Below are positions 58,414 to 64,000 of a stretch of DNA of 64,000 bases, in pieces. Within the stretch, counting starts at the first letter, position 1; each line of letters opens with the position of its first letter. Both the position numbers and the translations under genes were made by a program. Origin of the DNA: Dehalococcoidia bacterium (GTDB lineage: Bacteria > Chloroflexota > Dehalococcoidia > UBA2979). The stretch is taken from NCBI GenBank assembly GCA_963667465.2, contig CAXXDN010000001.1, positions 576,001 through 640,000 of the forward strand, in the 5' to 3' direction. The notes beneath the pieces were generated by a model. The model was given only the letters and a program-made list of their open reading frames with translations. It ran no database searches and was not told the DNA's origin.

Positions 58414-59493
58414 CTAGTTGAAGACCGCCGCCGCCACCGCGCCGAGCGACTCGCGAGGGTCGCCCCAGCGCAGCGATGCTTCCTTGCCGCGGCGCGTGTG
58501 GAACTGCAGGTCGTACTCCGCCATGAAGCCGACGCCGCCGTGCAGCACGTGCCCCCAGTTGGTGGCGTCCACCACCGAGCGTGAGACCACCGACTTCACC
58601 TTCGCGGCGTGCAGCGCGTCCAGCTCACCCTGGTCCAGCTTGTAGAGCTGCTCGTAGGCGAGGAAGCGCGAGGCGGTGACGCCGACCGCGGCGTCCGCGA
58701 CGCGGCCCTGCACCGCCTCGAATGTCCCGATTGGCCGCCCGAAGGCGACGCGCACCTGGACATAGCTGACGGTCATGTCGAGCGCCTTCTGTGCGTGCGC
58801 GTAGCACTCCAGCGAGGAGATCGCCGAGCCCAGCACGCGCAGGTAATTGACGGCGTCGGCGCCGCCGATCCAGCCCTCGACGCTCGCGCCGTCATAGGTC
58901 GCCTCGACCTGAGGGGTAAGCCCGATGCCGGTCAGCGAGCGCGTGGTGACGCCCGGCTGGTCCCGCGCCACGAGGGCGAGCCCGGGCTCACCCTCGCGCG
59001 TCGCGGCCACCAGGTGGAGGTCGCTCGTCGCGCCGAACTCCACGTAGCGCTTCGAGCCGCTCAGCGTCGCGCCGTCCGTCGTCGTTGCGATCTCGCCGTA
59101 GGGTCCACCGTTGCCCTCGACCAGCGCCGGGGCGCAGGTCGCGCCGGCGACGATGCGCGGCAGCAGCGAGGCCTGCAGCGCCGCGTCGCCGTGGCGCTGC
59201 ACCGTGGCCGCCGCCAGCATCGTCTGCTGGTACGGCGAGAGCAGGGCGTGGCGGCAGAGTTGCTCGATCAGCACACCGAGGTCGACGAGCTCCGCGCCCT
59301 GTCCGCCGTGCTCCTCGGCGATCGGCAGGCCGGTCCAGCCCAGCTCCACCAGCTGGCTCCACAGCTCCTCGTCGGGCTCGCCCGCCCACTCGATCTGACG
59401 CATCCGCGAGGCGGGCGCCTCGCGCTCGAGGAAGTCGTCCGCGCTGTCGCGGATCAGCTCCTGCAGGTCGCTCAGCCGGAGGTCCATTGCCAT
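58414..59493 (-). CDS. Acyl-CoA dehydrogenase, short partner subunit
   Basis: LGWTGL...E.GG.G, R.AFGRPIG.F.AVQ, HGGVGF..EYDL. Confidence 0.9.
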   Translation of the reverse strand: MAMDLRLSDLQELIRDSADDFLEREAPASRMRQIEWAGEPDEELWSQLVELGWTGLPIAEEHGGQGAELVDLGVLIEQLCRHALLSPYQQTMLAAATVQRHGDAALQASLLPRIVAGATCAPALVEGNGGPYGEIATTTDGATLSGSKRYVEFGATSDLHLVAATREGEPGLALVARDQPGVTTRSLTGIGLTPQVEATYDGASVEGWIGGADAVNYLRVLGSAISSLECYAHAQKALDMTVSYVQVRVAFGRPIGTFEAVQGRVADAAVGVTASRFLAYEQLYKLDQGELDALHAAKVKSVVSRSVVDATNWGHVLHGGVGFMAEYDLQFHTRRGKEASLRWGDPRESLGAVAAAVFN

Positions 59494-59504
59494 CGTGAAA
59501 CCTC

Positions 59505-60704
59505 CTAGCCTCTCGGCAGCCCGAGGCCGCGCGACGCGATGATGCGGCGCAGCACGTCGTTGGTGCCTCCGGCGAAGCGATGCACGGAGGAGCCGCGGTA
59601 GTTCTCCTCGAGCTTGCCGCCGGCCGGCGCGTCCTCGTTCTCGCGGCGCAGGCCGCCCTCGGGACCGAGCAGGTCGAGGGCGAGGCTGTCCATGCGGTAG
59701 CGCGCCTCGGAGCCCCAGACCTTGACCATCGCGCCTTCCATCGTGGGGGTGATGCCGTTCTGCACCATGATCGCGTTGGTCATCGCGAGCGCGCGCGAGA
59801 CCTCGCTGTCGACGGTCGCCTCGGCCAGCCTGGTGCGCACGACGATGTCGTCCTTCAGCTCCGGACGGTTGTCCTCGATGTGCTGCACGAGGGCGTCGAC
59901 GCGGCGCTGGTAGAGGCTTTGCGGCTCGATCATCACGCGTTCGAGGTCGAGCGCGTTGGTCATGTAGTACCAGCCGCGGTTGAGCTCGCCGAAGAGCGCG
60001 TCGGCGGGCAGCCTGACGTTATCGAAGAAGGTCTCGCTGGTGATGATCCGCCCCATCGTGCCCATCGGCCGGACGGTGATGCCGGGCAGGTTGGTGGGGA
60101 AGATGAAGACGGAGATACCCTGGTGCTTGGGGGCGTCGGGGTCCGTGCGGGCGGCCAGCCAGCCGTGCGTGGCCCCGCCGAAGCCGCCGTAGATCTTCTG
60201 CCCGTTGATCACCCACTCATCGCCGTCGCGGGTGGCCCTCGTCTGTAGCGAGGCGAGGTCGGTCCCGGCGTTCGGCTCGGTGTAGCCGAGCGCGAAGGTC
60301 ATGTCGCCGCTGACGATCTCGGGCAGCCACTCGCGCTTCTGCTCCTCCGTGCCGAAGCGCATGATCGTACGCCCCACGGAGCCGACGCTGAGGTGATCCT
60401 GCGGGATGCCGAGGTACCACAGCTCCTCGGCGAGGAGGAAGGCGTGGAGGGCGTCCTTGCCCTGGCCGCCGTACTCCACCGGCCAGCCCATGTTGGTGTA
60501 GCCGGCCTCGTTCATCGCCTTGCGGAAGGCGCGCAATTCGGGGCCGCGGCCTTCGCCGAACTCGCCTTCGCCGGCCTCGCGTGCCAGGCCGTCGCGCTCC
60601 GCCTCGCGCAGCTCCTCGAACAGCGCGGGCGTGGCGTGTTCGTCCAGAAAATCCCGCACCTGCTGGCGGAATGCCGCGTGCTCCTCGGTCCAGCCGTACT
60701 CCAT
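59505..60704 (-). CDS. Acyl-CoA dehydrogenase, long (catalytic) subunit
   Basis: WPVEYGG, LGYTEPNAGTDLASL.TRA, NGQK, KHQGIS, LDLER, GGTN. Confidence 0.92.
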   Translation of the reverse strand: MEYGWTEEHAAFRQQVRDFLDEHATPALFEELREAERDGLAREAGEGEFGEGRGPELRAFRKAMNEAGYTNMGWPVEYGGQGKDALHAFLLAEELWYLGIPQDHLSVGSVGRTIMRFGTEEQKREWLPEIVSGDMTFALGYTEPNAGTDLASLQTRATRDGDEWVINGQKIYGGFGGATHGWLAARTDPDAPKHQGISVFIFPTNLPGITVRPMGTMGRIITSETFFDNVRLPADALFGELNRGWYYMTNALDLERVMIEPQSLYQRRVDALVQHIEDNRPELKDDIVVRTRLAEATVDSEVSRALAMTNAIMVQNGITPTMEGAMVKVWGSEARYRMDSLALDLLGPEGGLRRENEDAPAGGKLEENYRGSSVHRFAGGTNDVLRRIIASRGLGLPRG

Positions 60705-60871
60705 CCAGCACCTCCCCGAGGTCGCCGCCGGTCCGCGCCGCGCATCCTACCACCAGCGGCCCGGCGCGGCGGAGCATCGCAGCGTGCGGTACGGTGCGCG
60801 CGACGGGGATGGGAGTGGCCTGTGATGTTCGCCAGCAGCGACAGCGCCGTGAGCGCGACGGGACGCCGTTG

Positions 60872-61978
60872 ATGGCCGCCCCGCGCGCGCTCTCGCCGGC
60901 TGCGCGCGAGTCCGTCGAGGCTGTCGCGCGCGCTCATCTCGAGCAGGGGCTGCATGCCGCCTCGCAGCTCGCGGTCTACCGCGACGGCGAGCTGCAGATC
61001 GACCTGCGGCTCGGGGCTGCCGTGCAGCCCTCGGCGCGCATGGTCTGGTTCTCCGCCACCAAGCCGCTGGGGGCCGTCGCCGCGCTGATGATGGTCGAGC
61101 GTCTCGCCTTCGACCTTGATCAGCCGATCGCGGCGGCCTGGCCGCAGTTCGGGGAGGGCGGCAAGGCGGCCTGCACGCTGCGGCACGTGCTCACCCACCG
61201 CGGCGGCTTTCCCGTCTTCCCGGTCGACTTCGACTGGGCGGCGATGGACGACTGGAGCGCGGTTACCGCCGCGACCGCGGAGATCGAGGCCGAGTGGCCG
61301 CCCGGCACGGCCACCGGCTATCACCCCGTCACCTACGGCTTCGCGATCGGCGAGCTGGTGCGCCGCCTCGATGGGCGTGAGCCGCGCCAGTTTCTCGCCG
61401 ACGAGATCATCGGACCACTCGGCATGGACGCCTCGCTCGGCGTGCCGGAGGAAGAGCTCGGCAACGTCGTGCCGCTCGAGGCGATGTCCGAGGTCACGCT
61501 GCTCGATCCCGAGGGCCGCGAGGGCCGTACCTCGGACATCGTGAACCGCTTCAACGACCCGCCGCTCTTGCGCGGCCAGCTCCTCGCCGCGAACGGGATT
61601 GGGACTGCGGAGTCGCTGGCGCGCTTCTACGACTGCCTGCTGCAGGGCGGCGCGCGCGAGGGCGTGCGCCTGCTCCAGCCCGAGACCGTCGCGCTGGCGA
61701 CGAGCGTGCAGTGGACCACGGAGTACGACCGCACCTTCACGCTGCCCGCCTCGTACGGCCTCGGGTTCATCGCCGGGGGCGTATTCGAGCCCTTCGACGA
61801 GCCGGGCGTGTACGGGCACCCCGGCGCGCAGTCGACCATCGGCTACGCGGATCCGGCGCGCGGGCTGGCCGTCGCCTACCTGACCAACGGGCTGCACGGC
61901 CCGGTCGAGGTGCAGCAGCGCTACCGCGAGGTCGCCGAAGCGCTGATCGCGGCCTGCGCGGCCTCGGACCGCCCCTAG
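60872..61978 (+). CDS. Serine hydrolase, beta-lactamase class C/esterase family
   Basis: FSATK, LTHRGG, GYHP, YGHPG. Confidence 0.9.
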   Translation: MAAPRALSPAARESVEAVARAHLEQGLHAASQLAVYRDGELQIDLRLGAAVQPSARMVWFSATKPLGAVAALMMVERLAFDLDQPIAAAWPQFGEGGKAACTLRHVLTHRGGFPVFPVDFDWAAMDDWSAVTAATAEIEAEWPPGTATGYHPVTYGFAIGELVRRLDGREPRQFLADEIIGPLGMDASLGVPEEELGNVVPLEAMSEVTLLDPEGREGRTSDIVNRFNDPPLLRGQLLAANGIGTAESLARFYDCLLQGGAREGVRLLQPETVALATSVQWTTEYDRTFTLPASYGLGFIAGGVFEPFDEPGVYGHPGAQSTIGYADPARGLAVAYLTNGLHGPVEVQQRYREVAEALIAACAASDRP

Positions 61979-62268
61979 CCGCGTCCCCGGCCGCCGCGCG
62001 GGCGGCGGCGTCTGCGGCGGCGCTGTGCGTGCTCCGGGCGCTTCGAGCTCGGCTCGGTGGGCTGGTGCACTATGGGCTCCGGCGCTTTCACGAAGCGGCG
62101 CGTGATCCAGCGCGAGAAGAGGATCGACCAGAAGGCGAACGTCGCGAAGAGGGGGAACGCGATCAGCGTGGAGACCCAGTCGCCGCGGCTCGTCACGAGC
62201 GAGACGAGCGACGCCACGCCGGCGACGACGACGGTCATCACGAGCAGCTGGCGGTCCGGCATTCGCAT
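61975..62268 (-). CDS. Small 2-TM membrane protein with an Arg-rich C-terminus
   Basis: Two hydrophobic segments, then RPEHAQRRRRRRRPRGGRGRG. Confidence 0.55.
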   Translation of the reverse strand: MRMPDRQLLVMTVVVAGVASLVSLVTSRGDWVSTLIAFPLFATFAFWSILFSRWITRRFVKAPEPIVHQPTEPSSKRPEHAQRRRRRRRPRGGRGRG

Positions 62269-62324
62269 GGTGGCAGTATGCCACCGCCATGGCGGAAATC
62301 GCGCGGATCCCGGGACGTACAATG

Positions 62325-62363
62325 ATTGTCAGGCAGAACTCGGAATTGTCAGGCAGACCTCGG
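62325..62363. repeat. 20-bp-period direct repeat in a divergent promoter region
   Basis: ATTGTCAGGCAGAACTCGG and ATTGTCAGGCAGACCTCGG, just after TACAAT (62318). Confidence 0.75.
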
Positions 62364-62392
62364 CACGACGACGCGGTCGGCTATCGGGGGCG

Positions 62393-64000
62393 GTGCGTAC
62401 GGTGCTCAAGCAGGGAGTGCGGCACGTCGCCCCGTGGCTGGCAGCGCCGGTCGCCCTGGCGCTCATCGTGCTGCTGCCCGCCGCCGCCCAGCCGTCGCCC
62501 GTGCATGCCGACGGTGGCGAGGCGCCGGGCGGCTTCGGACACCTCGCGTACTCCCGCGATGCAGCGGTGCATGACGTGCCGGTCGAGCCTGCGATCGCCT
62601 TCTTCACGGACTGCTCGGAGGTGCCCGAGCTGTCGCCGCCGCGCTGCGGCTCGCCGCCCGCGAAGTGGTCGGCGGATTCCAATCCGATCGCGATCTGCAC
62701 CTCGCACACCAACCGTCCGGGCTGGCTCACGGCCACCGCCTTCCGCGACGCGGTCAGGCAGAGCGCGAGCGCCTGGAATCAGGTCGCGGCGGCCGTCGGC
62801 ATTCGCTACACGGGAGACTGTCCCGACGCCGCGTGGGCGGAGGGCAACGGGCGCAACGAGATCGCCTTCGACGACGCGCGCAACATCGTGCGGGGGCCAG
62901 ATGTCGCGCTGACCAGCGCGATCTGGGAGTCCCGCTACGAGGACCAGTCTCGCCGGGTCGTCACCGACCGGGTGTTCCTCGAGGCCGACATCGTGATGGA
63001 CGCGGACCGCGCGGACACGGGCGCCTGCTTCAGATCGACGGTCGTCCACGAGCTGGGGCACATGCTCGGCCTCGGGCACAGCGACGACCCGCGCGATCTG
63101 ATGTACCCCAGCTACAAGCCCGGGGCGCCCGCCTCCTGCCTGCTGCGGCCGGGGCGCGCCGAGATCGAGTTGCTGCGCTCGCTCTATGGCCGTAACGAGG
63201 CGCCCTCGGTCGACGCCGGTCCGGACCAGGCAGTCGGCCTCTTCGAGGAGGTCGTCCTGAGCGCGGCTGCCGGCGATCCGGAGGACGATGCGCTCACCTT
63301 CAAGTGGGTGCAGACCGGCGGTCCGCGGCTGTGGCTGCCGCGCGGAAGCGTGTCGGCCGAGCTCTCGTTCCGGGCTCCGGCCGAGCCGGCGGTCCTGTTC
63401 TTCGAGGTCACCGCCACCGATCGCTACCTGCACAGCGCAACCGACCGCGTGGCGATCGACGTGGCGGCCGTCGGCAGCCGCCCGCGGCGGTTCCCGGTCT
63501 TCGAATCGCACCTCGCGGCGCGCTACGTGCCGGGAGCTCCCGAGGGGACGACGGTGCTCGGCTGGAGCGTCGTGGAGGACGCGCTGCTCTACGAGTTCTG
63601 CTCCTCGCCGGTCGAGGCCACCTTCGCGAGGCTCTGTACACGCAACCTCACGGAGCCGGCGGTCCCGATCACCTGGGAGACGCTGCTCGGGGAGGCGGAC
63701 GAGGCGAGCGACCGCGTGCTGCTGACCGGTGGTTGGCGCACCACGAGCATCCGGGCCTGCAACGCGGGCGGCTGCTCGCGGGTTGCCGAGGGCCCACTCG
63801 CCGGCGGGGTGCGCTGGGACGAGCGGAATATCGACTACGACTTCATCGTGCTGATCTACGACGTATCCGGCGTGCAGTTCACGTTCGCCGCCGCCATCAA
63901 TCTCTCCGGGACGACGCGCCGCTTCGAGTTCGGGAACGGGCCGCCCGAGGATCCCTTCCAGACGACCATGGGCACGTGCAGCAGGCTCGGACGTAACGGG
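62393..64000 (+). CDS. Secreted matrixin (M10)-like metalloprotease with a PKD/Ig-like domain; runs off the window
   Basis: Not in the ORF track; translated by hand: signal-like N-terminus, HELGHMLGLGHS with Met-turn LMYP, then NEAPSVDAGPDQ...DPEDDALTFKW.QT.GP. Confidence 0.85.
   Translation, partial: MRTVLKQGVRHVAPWLAAPVALALIVLLPAAAQPSPVHADGGEAPGGFGHLAYSRDAAVHDVPVEPAIAFFTDCSEVPELSPPRCGSPPAKWSADSNPIAICTSHTNRPGWLTATAFRDAVRQSASAWNQVAAAVGIRYTGDCPDAAWAEGNGRNEIAFDDARNIVRGPDVALTSAIWESRYEDQSRRVVTDRVFLEADIVMDADRADTGACFRSTVVHELGHMLGLGHSDDPRDLMYPSYKPGAPASCLLRPGRAEIELLRSLYGRNEAPSVDAGPDQAVGLFEEVVLSAAAGDPEDDALTFKWVQTGGPRLWLPRGSVSAELSFRAPAEPAVLFFEVTATDRYLHSATDRVAIDVAAVGSRPRRFPVFESHLAARYVPGAPEGTTVLGWSVVEDALLYEFCSSPVEATFARLCTRNLTEPAVPITWETLLGEADEASDRVLLTGGWRTTSIRACNAGGCSRVAEGPLAGGVRWDERNIDYDFIVLIYDVSGVQFTFAAAINLSGTTRRFEFGNGPPEDPFQTTMGTCSRLGRNG

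Overview
High-GC bacterial chromosomal segment of about 60 genes. The content resembles an aerobic heterotrophic Chloroflexota/Dehalococcoidia-type (SAR202-like) organism; this taxonomy is inference only. It carries three luciferase-like monooxygenases, CoA transferases, an acyl-CoA dehydrogenase pair, a sulfatase, a Fur/Zur-regulated ZnuABC-type locus, a complete sufR-sufCBD-Rieske-sufSUT operon, a methylmalonyl-CoA mutase/PhaB-like/MaoC cluster, a Phd-VapC toxin-antitoxin pair, a Lon-like protease and a truncated matrixin-type protease. Intergenic regions hold several REP-like repeat families and decayed gene remnants (GIY-YIG, ECF sigma/anti-sigma, HigB, GNAT, antitoxin, DUF559). The standout signal is at 10.9-11.5 kb. 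Two tandem paralogous small ORFs each end CCGNxGEPGC-TGA. In both, an identical 17-nt hairpin starts 12 nt after the TGA, and the frame continues for exactly 21 codons into a His-rich tail before TAG. This is the architecture expected of bacterial selenoproteins (Cys-Sec plus SECIS), and I do not recognise the family. No rRNA, tRNA or CRISPR array was seen.
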